From the NCBI RefSeq assembly GCF_036321535.1, contig NC_087436.1, positions 21,268,001-21,332,000 on the forward strand: 64,000 nucleotides of DNA, given 5' to 3'. The DNA is from Camelus dromedarius (taxonomy: Eukaryota). The notes under the pieces were generated by a model. It saw nothing but the letters and a program-made list of their open reading frames with translations, was not told the origin of the DNA and made no database searches. Positions 38,560 through 52,159 of this stretch are shown here, one piece after another (position 1 is the first letter of the stretch; every line of letters begins with the position of its first letter). The translations under genes and the position numbers were made by a program.

Positions 38560-38910
38560 GGTGTCTGGCTTGCTACAGATGACATTTTCCAGGCTCCCTT
38601 ACCGCTAGCTGGGGTCAAGTGTCTCTGTTCTGGCTAATAGGATGTGAGTGCAAGTGATCTGTCCAACATGGAGATTGTCTCCCTTCTCTTTGCTGAAAAG
38701 AGGTCATGGTGAGTCATCTTTTACTGTGAGGTGGGAGCAGCACCCATGGGATGGCAGAGAAACTATATGGCAAGTAGTCTGTCTGCTGAGGTGCCCTACT
38801 AGTCCTGGACCAGTACAGACCATCTGGATTGTCCTGAGACAGAAAGAGAAGGAAAAAGCCCCCCAAACCTTTTAACTTAAGTCACTGTATTTTGGGCCAT
38901 CTCTTTATAA
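38560..38910 (+). mobile_element. MaLR LTR (MLT1-type)
   Basis: cattttccaggctcccttaccgctagctgggg...gttctggctaataggatgtgagtgcaagtgat...ttaagtcactgtattttggg. Confidence 0.7.
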
Positions 38911-39619
38911 AGCTTTACATTTTCAAGTTTAGCTCAATGCATGAGGAGGCTGTATTCAGAAGGGGAAACAATTCTCATTCTGGTTTGTCAAGAAAGGAAA
39001 ACCTGAATATTTATTCAAGGTAAATTATTTTTATAAGGGCAACAGGTATAGTCCTCTGATATTTACAGTAAGAAGTAAATTTATTTCAACAGTAGACACC
39101 AAAAGTATGTGCACTACAGAAGTAAAATAGGAATTTGCTACTGATAAGGTATCTTTGGTGCTGAATTGGTTTTTCAGGGTTTTGACCATGCATTTAAATG
39201 TGCATCAAATGCTAGACGTAACATTAAATCATCATTTAGATGTTAATTTGTTATAATTAAGCTACAAACATGGTTGCCTTAAACCAGAGATGCATTGCCC
39301 TTGTGTGAAGGTCTTATTGCAGTGGTTTATGTATGTATGTATGTGTTTGATTGTGTTTTGTTTTATGTTTATTTGAAGAGTTTACTAATACTGCGGTTAA
39401 AATTATCAAGTTGGCTTGAGCCTCTTGAAATTAAAAAACAAAAACAAAAACAAAAACAAAAAAACAAAAAACCCCTCCTCTTCATCCAGCGAGGGCTTTA
39501 AGGCTGTGCTTGCAACCTTCAGTCTCGGTCAGGCTGGAGGTCTACCAAATGATCAATAATCAATCAGGGACCCACACAGCAGTCAGATGACTTGCAGCAA
39601 ATCCATCATCACCGTGAAA

Positions 39620-39790
39620 GCGTACTCTGGGCCATTCACTTATAAAATACAAGCTCTCATTTTATCTTGAAAGCAATTATAATTCTCATCATTTTTTAAG
39701 GATGAGGTTCAGAGAGATTAAGAAATGTGCCCAAAGTCATACTGCTCCTAAGTAGCTACACAGAAACGTAAACTCAGGGACACGTGACTC
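39620..39790 (-). mobile_element. MIR SINE
   Basis: tgaggttcagagagattaagaaatgtgcccaaagtcatac...aactcagg. Confidence 0.7.
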
Positions 39791-40734
39791 TCCAGCTCAT
39801 TCTTCTGCCCACGTCAGCTCCCGCGTGTCAAGGACAAGCCACTAGTCAATTCTAGGATAATTTTCAGAGATGACTCTGCGCTGGAGGTTTCAATTTTCAA
39901 GCTGCAAAGCGCCACTGAGACCCACTGATTGACAGCTCCATTTGGTGTCATTACTACTCCTCTCTCAATGCCAAGTAAACCAAAATGACACAGGGTTAAA
40001 TGACTTACTCAGATTCCTTTGAAAGACTTGGAGAATGCCAGAATGTGGATTTCGTGAGACAGCCAACAGGGGCTGCCAACTCGGCCCCAACTCTGCCACC
40101 ACCTCCACCCCCACTGCCCATCAGACATGAACGGCCTGGGCACCTGCTACCCCATGCTAAACAGGGCCTGCAGAGCAGTTTCCAAATATGCCAGCAGAGG
40201 GGAAGAGCTGCTCCTCTCTCCAGGAAAGGGTGAACAAAGCCACCAACACATGCTGCTGGCCCCAGGCTGTCAGGTGCAGTGTCCATCTCTGCAGGGGGCT
40301 TGGTACCCTTCACAGGACCATCTGGCTCTGTTTCCCTGACTGCCTGGCCTCTCCCGTCCTGTACAGCCTGGAGGCTCAAGGTCCAGTTCACCCCCAAATT
40401 ACAGCAGAGCCAATGGTACCAACTGATAGGTGAACCCAAAATTCAGCTGCAAAAAATGTTAACCTTATTTCAAGTTTAAAAGGAAGAACTATTTCAAAAT
40501 TGGTTTGGTTTTTTAAAATAGGATAAGTTCATTTTTGAAAAGTTCCCTTGTTTAATCAGCTATAAATGGCTAATTAAAAATTAATTACTATAATTGTTGT
40601 TATACCAAGAATTCAATAAAGAAAATGTATTGTTACAAAAATGTGGCAAAGAATAAACAGGTTTATCCTGAGCAAAGCACAAAATTAACACATTCTCAAT
40701 TACTTTTTTAAACCAATTATTTTTAAAATTAGGA

Positions 40735-40990
40735 AGAAAGGCAGGGGAGGGATAAACGAGGAGTTTGGGATTAACATATATACACTAAAATATATAAAAT
40801 AGATAAACAACAAGAACCTACTATATAGCACAGGGAAATAAATATGGTATCTTGTAATAACCTATAATGGAAAAAGAATCTGAAAAAGAATAGATATTTA
40901 TGTATAACTAAATGACTTTGCTGTACACTTTGCTGTCAACTAATACAATGCTATAAATCAACTGTACTTCAACTTGAAAAAATTAAAAAA
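40735..40990 (+). mobile_element. LINE-1 3' end
   Basis: gggagggataaacgaggagtttgggatt...cctactatatagcacagggaa; perfect TSD taaaattagga at 40724-40734 and 40991-41001. Confidence 0.9.
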
Positions 40991-43049
40991 TAAAATTAGG
41001 AGCGAAGACCTCACCCCCAAAATGGACTTTTTTCTTTGGCACATCTTTTTGTATTCTCAGAGCCAAACTACAATGGATGCCAAACTGTGCAGCCATTTAA
41101 AATCCTATTTTCAAAGAATATTTCTGGGATGTGAAAAAGGTTCTCATATATATTTTGCTTTTTAAAAACCAGATTTCAAAAAGGTTTATAGGCATCTGTA
41201 TAAAAGAATAACTACACATCCATATACATAAGTAGAGAAAATTAGTCTGGAAGTAAATACCTCAATAGCTCTGAGTGGTAAAATTACAAGTAATTTTTAT
41301 TTTCTTCTCAGCGTCTTCAAATATCTTAAAAAAAATATTTTTAAAAGAGCGAGACTATATAAAGAAGATCATGACCCTCAAAGCACAACTTTCTCCCTTT
41401 ACTGTGCTCTGTAAGAGGATGCAGAATGCAGTTTGTGCCAGCTACTTTATGTCCAAAGCATATATAAAAAATCTCAGAAACTCCCATATTAAAGCACACC
41501 ACGTCCTTGTGCTCTGACAGTGCACATTTCAGAAATATCAGGAGGTACCGTAACATATGGAGGGAGATACGGAGCCCCTGGGGAGAGGGTCCAGATTTCT
41601 GACACCCACAGCTATTACCCATGTTTTACCACCACTAAATTGACATTAGAAATGGAGTGGGGGCTGTGTGTAGCACTCAAACACCTGTGACATATCACTA
41701 TGGAAGAAAAATATTTCCTGGAATTTGAATTCACAATTACTGCTTTCAAGCTGAGAAAACAGCAGAAAACAACTGTTAAGTTAAAAAGAAATGTGTGCAT
41801 GTCACAATTTAGCAGTTGCTAAACTGTACTAGGAATCAGTTCCTATTTCACAACGGGAGTTACTAAAACCACAGAAACCCCCCACAATTAGGGAACAGAA
41901 GTAGGAATAAAGTTTAAAACTAGAGAACATCTCTCCCATCCTAGTCACAATGCCCAACAAGGTCGGAGGACACACATTTGTTTGCAAATACAGAAAAAAA
42001 AAATCATAACAGCTCAGGGAAACAAATCACTGCCCCTGCAGTCATGTGATCCTCCAACTCCTGCTTCTCAGTCTCTTTTATAAAGCCAACAGACCATCAG
42101 AAAGGCCTAAAGCAAGCCAGTTTCTGTACACTTTAAGTGATGGAACCTCTTAACAGAGCAAAACAGGACTTCAAAAGAAATCTTTCAGGAAAGGTGAAGG
42201 TAGGGAGTTTCAGGAAAATGATAAAATTCCATCGCTTTTCCAAAATAATAAAAACAGTTTCCCAAGCCCCAAATACAAAAGCAGAGCAGAAAATAAAAGT
42301 GTGTTCTCAAGTGACACTATTCTTGAGTGAAACACACTTTCACTTGCTATTTCAACGAGCACATCCCCCCCGGGGTTATTTTATTTAGAGGGGGGGAAAA
42401 AGACAATATACTCTACAAAAATAGACAGCTCTATGGAGAAATTTTACCTGCCTTAAATAAATATTTAGTTAACTAAAGAGAAGATTTTCCACAGTAAAAC
42501 AACAATAGAGGAAGAGCCATAACACATCAACGCTAGTCTGTCTAACCATAGAACAAGCAAAATGACAGCTCAAAAGAAGAGATAAAAGTTGTAAGGTAAG
42601 AGGGAAAAACATTCACCGAGATACTAAGTAAGATTCTGATCCATCAGCATCAATACGAGAAGATGGTAAACACACCTTTCATGCAGGCTGCCTAGAAGGC
42701 CAGCTTCCCCGTCTCTCTGATTTCCATCATCCTGCTCAGGACCGGTCTCGGAAAGTGATATATGCCCACGGAAACACTGGCCTGGCCTGCACCCAAGTCA
42801 GTGACTTCAACTGCTCCACATTCATTACAAAAGCTGCACAGAGTGGACAGACAGGGAGAGATGAAAGACCCGGGCAGACTTCTAAGAGCAAATCTGTCTC
42901 CTGTTAAAGAAACTGGCCAAGCCCTGTGCAGAAACAACGGCCTCCTCGATGGAAAGTATCAGTTCTCATTGTAAAGCCTACAGCCGTTTCAACGTAAGGT
43001 TTTGAAAGTTGGCATTACACACTAACAAGAAAAAAAAAAAAGCTTTTCA

Positions 43050-43620
43050 TTGTAATAGACTGTAGTAAACATGGCCTTGTTATGTGCCAGGGACTGTTCC
43101 CTGCACTGCACCCAAATTAACCCATGGGATCTCCAACAACCCCACGAGGTTAAGTGCTATAAGCCCCAGTTTACAGATTGGGAAAATTGAGGCAGTGAAC
43201 TAGTAAGTGACTTTCCCAAGATCACAGAGCTGGTATAGCTAACCCTAGGCTCTCCGGTTCTGGAGGCCAATGGCTTCACCACACACCGGGCCACCCCGTG
43301 CTGAATCCTGCTGGTGTCCGCGGCCCTCAGTGACTTAAATTCAGGAAGGTCTCAGCTCCGCTACTTCACAGACTACGATTTTGTTGCTGCTTCCTGGCTG
43401 CTCTAGGGGTTGGAGGGGAAGGGCAGAGAGCTAACTTTCAATGAGTACCTCATTATGTCAGCCATTTCAGAGAAGACAAATGTTCTCATCTGTCATGTGA
43501 TTTCAGCATTATTATTACAGTTCCCGTTTCCCAGATGAAAAACAGATTCCAAGGGGTTAGGGACCTCACGTAATGCTAGTGAGAGGTAGTTCTAGCATTT
43601 GCACCTGAATCTGTACACCA
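43050..43620 (-). mobile_element. Two MIR SINE copies
   Basis: Cores ccccagtttacagattgggaaaattgaggc and cccgtttcccagatgaaaaacagattc. Confidence 0.7.
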
Positions 43621-45740
43621 TCCATGTTCCTGCCGCTACACAAAGCATCTCCCTCCGGCACAGGTCCATCCCCTAACTGGGCGGGATCCCACCGCTACTG
43701 CTGATCTCCCTTATTTCAGCTATTGTTTCACAAATGAACGCTGCCTGGATGATTGGGAGGAACAGAGAGGGGTGACAGGTCAGTAAAATTCTAACAAAAC
43801 AGCAGGAAAAAAAAAAAAAAACTTCCTAAACCAGAGAAAATTCCAATTAGGTAACAGAAAGTATATTTTGTATGTACATTCTCAGCACTGCTGCAGAGAA
43901 CTCTGAATTGTAAATACACAGAACTGGATATTTCTGGTGCACATAAACTAAGCCTCTGCAAATCATTCTACATTTTAAATGCACTAGAGGAACTCATGGG
44001 AAAGAATTCTGTGGTCCAATCTCTTTGGAAAATCAAAAGCTCTTTTATGATACTCATCCTCTAAGTCTTTGAATATTCAAAAGCAGGTATATTCTATTTT
44101 ACAAATGAGGTGTATAGTAATCCAAATTATTTTACATCGGTTTGGGATCTACCCTGCCTTAAAATTGAAGAAATGGACCATTAGACATTTCCCCACTCTT
44201 TCCAGTCTGTGGTCCTATAAATTGCTAAGTTGCCTATCACACACCAGCATATAAATTAGCTAGCATCTATGTTGTGGTTAAGAATGTCTTGAAATAAAAA
44301 GAATAAAAGGAATCAAAAGACTGATGATGAAATAAGAAAGGATCATGAGACTCTGACTCATGAAATGTGCAGATAGAAAGGCTTCAGATTTGAATCACCT
44401 CATTTTATGGATAAGAAACCTAAGGCCCAAGAATGAACTGATCTTTTCCAAATCTTAATTAGAATCAGCAGAAGAAACACTAATATCCAATTCAGTGGGT
44501 GCTTCACAGCCCAGAACTGGCTCCCTCTAACAATGTAAGATAATACAGTATTGTAAGCTCTAAGAGAGCAGAAACTGTGTCATATTTCTTGTGCCCATCG
44601 CTCCTACTAATTGTCTTGCTTAATATGTCTTATGAAATCTCTCTTCAGCAGGAGAAGGGAATCAGAGGTGGTACAGCACGCTACCCCTGACTTCATTTCT
44701 GGTCTTTGCAGACTGTTAGGCAGAACCCAGAATCTCAGCACACAGCTGTGCAAAATCAGCTTCAACATTACAAAGAGAACAGAGCGGGGAGCGAGACCCA
44801 GATGTAGCCCTAAGGACATCCTATGAAAGGACCCAAGATTCAAAGGCAGGGGACACTTGCAATCAGTTAACCAGTCCAGCTCAAGATTTCTCCCCTTCAA
44901 TATGAATAAGCTGTTACTTCCTGACCTCTACGGCTGCTTCCCATATTAAGTGTTATGATTCTGGTGAGACCTGAAAGGTATAACTTTGACACATAAAATA
45001 ATACTTTAACAAGCCCCTTTTGATTTGCCTCTCTGGTGGGTTCCTGTGAATCCTACATGTGTACAAGCAGTCCCACCCCGACCTGCCCCAACAAATGAGG
45101 CGGGGACTGGGGAAGATTTGCTCTGTGGTGGCCACTGAGTCCCCACTTACATTCCTAACACCACATCCACCAGAAAAGTGCCTAGATTGGGGATCAGGCC
45201 TAGAGCACTTAGAATTTTACTCCTAGCATCAGGGCCCAGGGCCATGCCTGTCACGTCAAAAATACAGCTGCAAGGCTGTGGCCCCTCCAGATAGGCTGCC
45301 TCTGTTTAGCGACCAGTGAGACTCTGAGCAGAAGAGGGCCCCCCTCATCACAGGTGGTCACCTGCAGGTGCTGCCAACAGTGCAGAGCTGGTCTGAGGCC
45401 AGAGGCACAGGTCAGAGAGAGGACAGGGCCACTGGGAGGCCAGCCTAGAGCCCAAGTCCTGGTATGCAACCTGAAACTTGAGAAGGTGATTAAGAAAGAG
45501 ATACTCCGACGAGGAAAGAACAGGAGAGGTTTAGAGACTAGAAAAATGAGCGAGAGGTGACGGAGAGATTACTTTGGAAATCCCAGCCAACCGTCTCAGA
45601 AGAGCAAATGTTACTGTCTTCCAAATGAGTCAAAATAAAGATGCATTTATTGGGTCTGTGAGCTAAATGGGATCTTACTAATTGTCTAGTAACAGAGTTT
45701 TGCTAGCAATACATGTGTGTCAAGAAAAAGAAAAGCCAAG

Positions 45741-45886
45741 GGTGGGGGTTAGGATATAGCTCAAGCGGTAGAGCGCATGCTTAGCACGCACAAGGCCCTG
45801 GGTTCAATCCCCAGTTACTCCTCCAAAAACAAATAAATAACTAAACTTAATTACCTTCTCCCAACAACAACAACAACAACAAAAGT
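45741..45886 (+). mobile_element. tRNA-Ala-derived SINE, long form
   Basis: atagctcaagcggtagagcgcatgcttagcacgcacaaggccctgggttcaatcccc, extension and (CAA)n tail; perfect 15-bp TSD aaaagaaaagccaag at 45726-45740 and 45887-45901. Confidence 0.95.
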
Positions 45887-46054
45887 AAAAGAAAAGCCAA
45901 GCCACAGGACTTTCACAATTCAGGAAAGAACCAGAATTTACACCGTTATCTCTGTATAGAGCTTTACAGTTTATGAATGTCCTTCAAGCATACTTTTTTT
46001 TAAACTTCTTCAAAGATTTTTAATTCATTTTTTTCCTGACTCCAATTTAATCTC

Positions 46055-46184
46055 TGTTTGTTTTTAGTGGGGAGGGGAGAGTAATTACATCTATTTATTT
46101 ATTTTTTTATGGTGGTATTGGGGATTGAACCCAGGACCTCATGCATGCCAAGTATGCTCTCTATCACTGAGCTACACCCTCCCT
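46055..46184 (-). mobile_element. tRNA-Ala-derived SINE, long form, inserted in a MIR
   Basis: gtaattacatctatttattt...ggggattgaacccaggacctcatgcatgc...cactgagctacaccctccc; MIR core aaactgaggctcgagaggttga follows. Confidence 0.9.
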
Positions 46185-46473
46185 GCACCATGTACACTTT
46201 CTGCTCTGATCCTCTCACCTACTTTACCACATCTGAACAAACTGAGGCTCGAGAGGTTGATTTACTTGTTTAAGATGCTCCAAACTGCTATGCAGCACGT
46301 CTTCAGGTCCACCTGTGGCCCTTCCAGCAAGCCAAGTCTCTCTAGAGCTACTTTTCCTCAAAACCCACCTTTGAGGAAAAATAAAATGCATCCTTACTCA
46401 TTAAAAATTTTTTTTCCATTTTACTTTCTAGCATTGAAACGGGCTGCAGGTTGACTATCATTAAACTGTTCTT

Positions 46474-46712
46474 AAAAATTTTTTTATTGAAGTATAGTTG
46501 ATTTACAATGTTGTGTTAGTAAGTTCAGGTGTACATCAAAGTGATTCCATTATACATACATATATATATTCTTTTTCAGATTCTTTTCCACTATAGGTTA
46601 TTATAAGATATTAAATACAGTCCCCTATGCTATACAGTAGGTCCCTGTTTATCTATTTAATACATAGTAGTGTGTACCTGTTAATCCCAAACTTCTAACT
46701 TATCCCTCCCCT
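46474..46712 (-). mobile_element. LINE-1 3' end, sense to GAB1
   Basis: tttattgaagtatagttgatttacaatgttgtgttagt; imperfect TSD ttaaactgttctt / ttaaacagtgctt. Confidence 0.9.
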
Positions 46713-47424
46713 GTTAAACAGTGCTTTGATATGCTACAAGCATTGCCCCTTTGCTGCAAAGCATGTTAGCATACGATGAGTTAAATACGCTTTGAGGGCT
46801 GGTCTGGAAACTTGAGCAGCACACATACTACACTGTTGCTTCTATGGAAAGCTGTGTTCCAAGTACCCATCACCTGATTTAAAAGAGATCTTTCGGAGCA
46901 CAGGAACACGGCCTAAAAATGATCACCGCTGCAACCTGAAGGCATTTCTTAGATTTCACTTTTCTTTTTCATTTCATTTAAATATATACAGACATACAAC
47001 AGAGCCTGTTTTCATGGAGCAGCACGTCCGGTATAAAAAGCTAAGCTTTTCAGTGTAACAGAAGAAATTTCATCCAACTCCCATATATGATGATTGTGGA
47101 TTTCATAAAGAAGTGGGAAAGTCCCCTTCCACCCCAAAACTGTGCCAAGACATCTGACACGGTCATGTCTGCCAGGAGTCTACTGTTATCCAAGTCGGAA
47201 TCCACGTTTTAGATACATCAGCATAATACTGAAATGATCCAGTAAGTTCAGAAAAGACTTCGTGCCAGAAGAATTAACTTTTTGAGGCCCTTCAAAAGAA
47301 CTGTTTCGAGAAAAATGCCTCCTTGCCAAGGGATTTCAAATGCTAAAAGCAGAACAGCAGGTTTTCAGTTACAAATTTTCAACAAATTACCCAAAATACA
47401 TAGTTGAAAGTTCTCATCAAGTTA

Positions 47425-47592
47425 TCTTGATATCTTGTAGTAACTTGCGGTGAAAAAGAATCTGAAAATGAATATATGTATATTCATGTATGACTGAAGC
47501 ATTGTGCTGTACATTAGAAGTTGATAACATTGTAAATTGACTATACTTCAATAAAAAAATATATATTCCAAAAAAATAAAAAAGAAAAAAGA
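47425..47592 (+). mobile_element. LINE-1 extreme 3' end with A tail
   Basis: aaaagaatctgaaaatgaatatatg...acattgtaaattgactatacttcaataaaa. Confidence 0.85.
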
Positions 47593-48459
47593 AGAATTGA
47601 GGTGCCCAGTTTAAGAAGATTAAAAAAAAAAATCCAGTGTCTATAAAGAGATAAATCAGAGGAGGGTGGTGACCTCTGTGCCTATGCAAGGAAACAGGGG
47701 ACCTGGACACTGGGATAAATTCAATTAACAAGTTCTTCTGACACTTTTTGATTCATTAAAGTGGTTTTATCCACAACGTTTCAGAAATATTCCTGTTGTA
47801 TAAGTTTAGACGTGATGATTATGCTTAAACCAAACCAAACAAAAACCACAAGAAAGAACAATCAGATGAAATCTAAATATCATACTCTCAACCGCAAGAT
47901 CAGACCCAAATGTGTCCGCTGCATCTCACTCTACCTCAAATAGGAGGTACTGCGTGGACCTGGTGGCTCAGAGTCCTGCCATTTCCTCTTATGTCCTCAC
48001 TCAGGGCAGTCCTTCCAGCAAGAATCTTGAAAAAGACCGGCTAAGAACGACGGGGATCAAAACAAAAGGCAGCTCACACGCATGAGAGACTCTGAACTGC
48101 CTAATTTCGGTCCCCAAACGTCTCAGTGTGCCGACCCTCTGTGATTTCTGACGAAGGACAACGGAAACCTGTTTAAAGCTGTTTGTAATCAAAAGGTACA
48201 GAGCGTGAGAACCTAATTCTCCTGGTTATTGAGATGAGTCTTACAATAACCACAGGCAGCTAATATTTAATTTGGTGTTCTTGCCTTTCTGTGAGAATTC
48301 TGAGTAAGAGACAAAATGCCCTCATAAAACATAACTTAGCCTCAGTGAAAAGACCTCATCGGGGAGGCCATTATCTACACTGCCTAGATCTCAGAGGCAA
48401 GCCGCTTTTTGAAAAAGCCAAATTACTGTTACTTTAAATACTTTTCTCTGTTTCTTTAT

Positions 48460-48463
<4 letters not shown>

Positions 48464-48495
<32 letters not shown>
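48464..48495 (+). repeat. (AC)16 microsatellite
   Basis: Read directly. Confidence 0.95.
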
Positions 48496-48497
<2 letters not shown>

Positions 48498-49015
48498 AAA
48501 ATAGTCCGATACAAACCCATACAGCTCCACAGGGCTGTGCCAGAAATCCAGTCATATTCTAGTGAGTTTATTCTGGTATTATTTTTAATATAAAAAAATC
48601 AAATATATGCCTTAAATTCTTTTTCCCAGTGGTGCTAGCCTTTAGTTTTTCTGTGATGTGAATCCTTATACTTCCTTATCTATTACTAGAAGCTTATGTT
48701 TTCTTACTGAGTTGCTTAAAAGTAGACACACTTTAATGACCTGTAAACAATCTTAAAACACACAAGGCTACAGTCCGAAATCAGTCCTCAAATGCTTGAG
48801 TTTTTTTTCTTTTTTATATTCACTAGGGGCCCTGGGGCACGGTTTCTTCAGGTGTACCATGGTGGTGTGTGTTTTGGAGGTGGAAGGTGGGAGAGGGAGG
48901 AGTACCAGGGGAAGCAGCATGCTTGATGATTTCGAAGTTCCCTTCCAACTCCAGATTTTGATTATTTGCTGGTTGCTCTGGTCTGCACTGATCCCAGACA
49001 CGAGCTCCTGTAAAG

Positions 49016-49242
49016 CAGTGGTTCTTGGGGGCAGGGGGGCATACTATTTTGCCCCCCAAATGTTTGGCAACGTCCACAGACCTTTTCGGTTGTCACTGCC
49101 GGAGGTGGGGTGTGCTGGGTGTGCTCCTGGCATCCAGTGGGTAGAGACCAAGGATGCTGTGAACCGAACATCCCACCACGCACAGGTAGCCCTACAACCA
49201 AGAATCAACCAGGCCTGCTTTGCCAATGGTACTGAGGCTGAA
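49016..49242. mobile_element. MER20 hAT-Charlie element
   Basis: cagtggttct...atgtttggcaacgtccacagac...ggttgtcac...ctggcatccagtgggtagagaccaaggatgctg. Confidence 0.88.
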
Positions 49243-51519
49243 GGGTTACAAACTGGGGAAATTAAATGATCTGTCCTATTCAGAAAACTGTGGAGGCCAC
49301 TTCCAAAAATATTTACTACCTTTCATATTCCTAGACTGGCAGCTCAGGCACTTTGACTGCTAAAAGGGAAGCAGAAAGCCACAGGGCTTACTAGCAGCTC
49401 CCCTTCTTCTCCGTCCCTCCTGCTCATCCATACCCACTGAATGATCAGTGCTGGAGGCAAGATGGATAAGCCACAGTCCCTGCCTTCTGGGTACTACCCG
49501 TAGGAAGGAGACAGAAGATGGACAGTGGTCACTGCCTGGATAGAGCAGCCCGTGAAAGCCTGCAGGTTTTTAAAAGACCCACGAGGTATCAACATTTCAT
49601 TTAATCCACAGATACTACAAAGGAGGCTTCATTGGCAAGTTTTAAAATAGACTCAGCTAAGAAAGGTTCAGTTACGTTAAGAAGATGTGTTTTCAATCTG
49701 ACCCAAAGATGAAAGTTGGTCCTCAGCCATGAATGGCACCTTGATCCTTCTAAGGGAGTATATAAACAGATGTGCCTCCAAGAAAACTAAACAGTATTCC
49801 AAGGATTGCTGGGTATTCCAGTCCTACAAGTCATTCTAGAGTCTTTTTGCAGGAAAAGGTGAGTAAGGAAGGCCCAGAGGTCAGGGCAATGACTGCACAG
49901 TGGGAACCACTGCTTTCTAGGATACTCTGGGACAGACCCAAGGGAACCATACAATTCTTCCAAACCAAGACACCTTTGAGAGTGAGTTACCCGAGGATGT
50001 TCAAACCAGGACCAATGTTCACAGAAGCCACGACTGCTAAGCTGTGGTAGTCCTTCTGAAACAATATCAGGTGGACGATAATGCCCACAGGAACCTCAGA
50101 ATAGCCGTGGGCACCGAACAAAAGTATGACTTCTGCTTTCCTAGTCAACTAAAAATCAGTCAAAGTCAAAAGGAAAGAAACCTGATACTCAGGGTAAACT
50201 CAACACAGCCAAACTTGGAAAACCCGAGCATATTTTGTTTATGAATCTAAAGTATAAGATTATAATGTGCTCCAGATGGGATTTAGTCTTTTCTTTGGGG
50301 CACATAAAAAAAAAAAAAAAGCAAGAAAAACTGTGCAACAGCTTCTGGTCTATCAACTTAGCTAATATACTGATTTTCCTAATACACTGACCCTCCAGCC
50401 CGCACAAGCACATCTGGTATGCTTGTGGTCTAGGAAGCAAACCCTCAGTTAAAGGTCATGTGACTTCACAGGTTTGGCATGTCTAATGACATTCTGGTCC
50501 ACAGACACTCCTGTACGAGTCAAGAGATCACCTCTGTGACTCTCCCCTTTAAAGTCTCATGACCAGCAAGGCATACGGGCTCATGGGTATTTGAGCGGAC
50601 TCACGATGTTGTACACTTAATCGAGAAAATCCTAGAAAACAGGACACCAAACGCTCTGGAAGACAAAAATGTTCCCAGGAAGAGTAAGGTCAATATTGTC
50701 TTTTTTCTAAACCATAAACAAGGTGGCCTCTTTTTAAGAAAAAACTATACATCTTCCAGGGAGCTCACAAATTAAAAACCAACCACCTCTCCCCCCCCAA
50801 AAAAAACAAACCAAAAACATGCCCTAGTGCTTTGGGCACATAACCTAAGACTGCAGGGAAAAGCTGGCTCCCTGTGAGCCAGTGAGGAAAGTGAGTCCAG
50901 AAGACCTCAGGGCAGCCAGCAGCAGCGGCAACCCGGGCACCATGGCCCCTCTCACTTTCTTTTAAGCTTCATCAGAAGCAAGAAAAAAATTCCTGGGGAA
51001 GATGATACAACCTTCACCCAAGTCAGAAGGCCCAATTACTCAACTTTGGTTTGATTTTGATGTTTTACATTTGATCAAGCAAGAGACTTAAAACTGGAAA
51101 CGGTGGCCCATCCTGAAAAGAGGGAACAGAGGTCACATTTAAATTTTAGCTTCATCTCATCCAAGGGAGTCACTACTGGCAAGCTCTGAAGCATGAGGGT
51201 AGAGGTTCCAGAAAGGAAGAAAGGGCACACGCAGAAAGGGTACACCACAGACCAGTAAGGCCGGTACCAATTCAGACACGACACTGCCTTAATTTCAAGT
51301 AGATTATAAAGACTTAGGGGTAGGAGGGAGCAGCAACCTCTTCCTGTATTTCCGCTGTCATGTCAAATTATCCCAGTACGTTTGGGGGGTTTTTTGGTAA
51401 GCCTGGTATCAGAGAGAAATGCCACAAATAGAATGTCTCTTCATTTTTCAAAATTGTCCATATAAAATGCAGAAATGTGAGCTGGAAGACACAGTTAAGG
51501 TTACTCACAGTTATTTGAA

Positions 51520-52140
51520 ATGCCATCCTAGGAGAGTACTAATTACTGAGCCTGAAGGAATGGTCTGGTGTCCTTATTCTTTTTCAACTGAATAATGATA
51601 CTAATCACACAGGTGAAGTTTGAGGCTATGCTTGCTAATTTTGTAGATGGCACAAAGTTAGATGAAAGGTAATATTCAAAAGAATCTTAATGCAGAAAAC
51701 TGCATGGACAACCATGAGACAACATTTTAATAAAGATGGATATTGAGCCCTCTATTTAAGTATAAACAGAAATTGTACAGAGAGAAATGTTGGAGACCTG
51801 GCTTAACGGTACTTTAACACAGAGAGGCAAAAGTAACACAGCTGGTTTAAAAAAAAAAAAAAGGAAATTCAATCCATGGCTGCATCATTAAAATTAAATA
51901 ACCAGATCGAGGGAAGAAACAGTCTACTGGGCATTGCCCAAGTTGAAACCACATCTAAGGAACCAAGGTAAATTCTGGGAGCAGCATTTTAAGAGAAAAT
52001 AAATTATCTAGAGAAAGACCAAGATGGTTAAGGGTATAGAAATCACACCATCTGAGAAACTGGTGACAAAACTGGCAAGGTTTGGCCGAAGGAACACTCT
52101 CTGAGGACAGGATGGCTTTTCTCAAGTATTTAAAGGGCTC
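51520..52140 (+). mobile_element. L3/CR1 LINE reverse-transcriptase relic
   Basis: ttgctaattttgtagatggcacaaagttag (KFADDTKL-like), ggctgcatcatt, accacatct...ttctgggagcagcattttaaga, tcaagtatttaaagggct. Confidence 0.65.
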
Positions 52141-52159
52141 TCCCAGGGACAGCCCCTGA

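Noticed and set aside
48768..49269. Cluster of overlapping ORFs
   Set aside because: Largely overlaps a MER20 element; no domain similarity.
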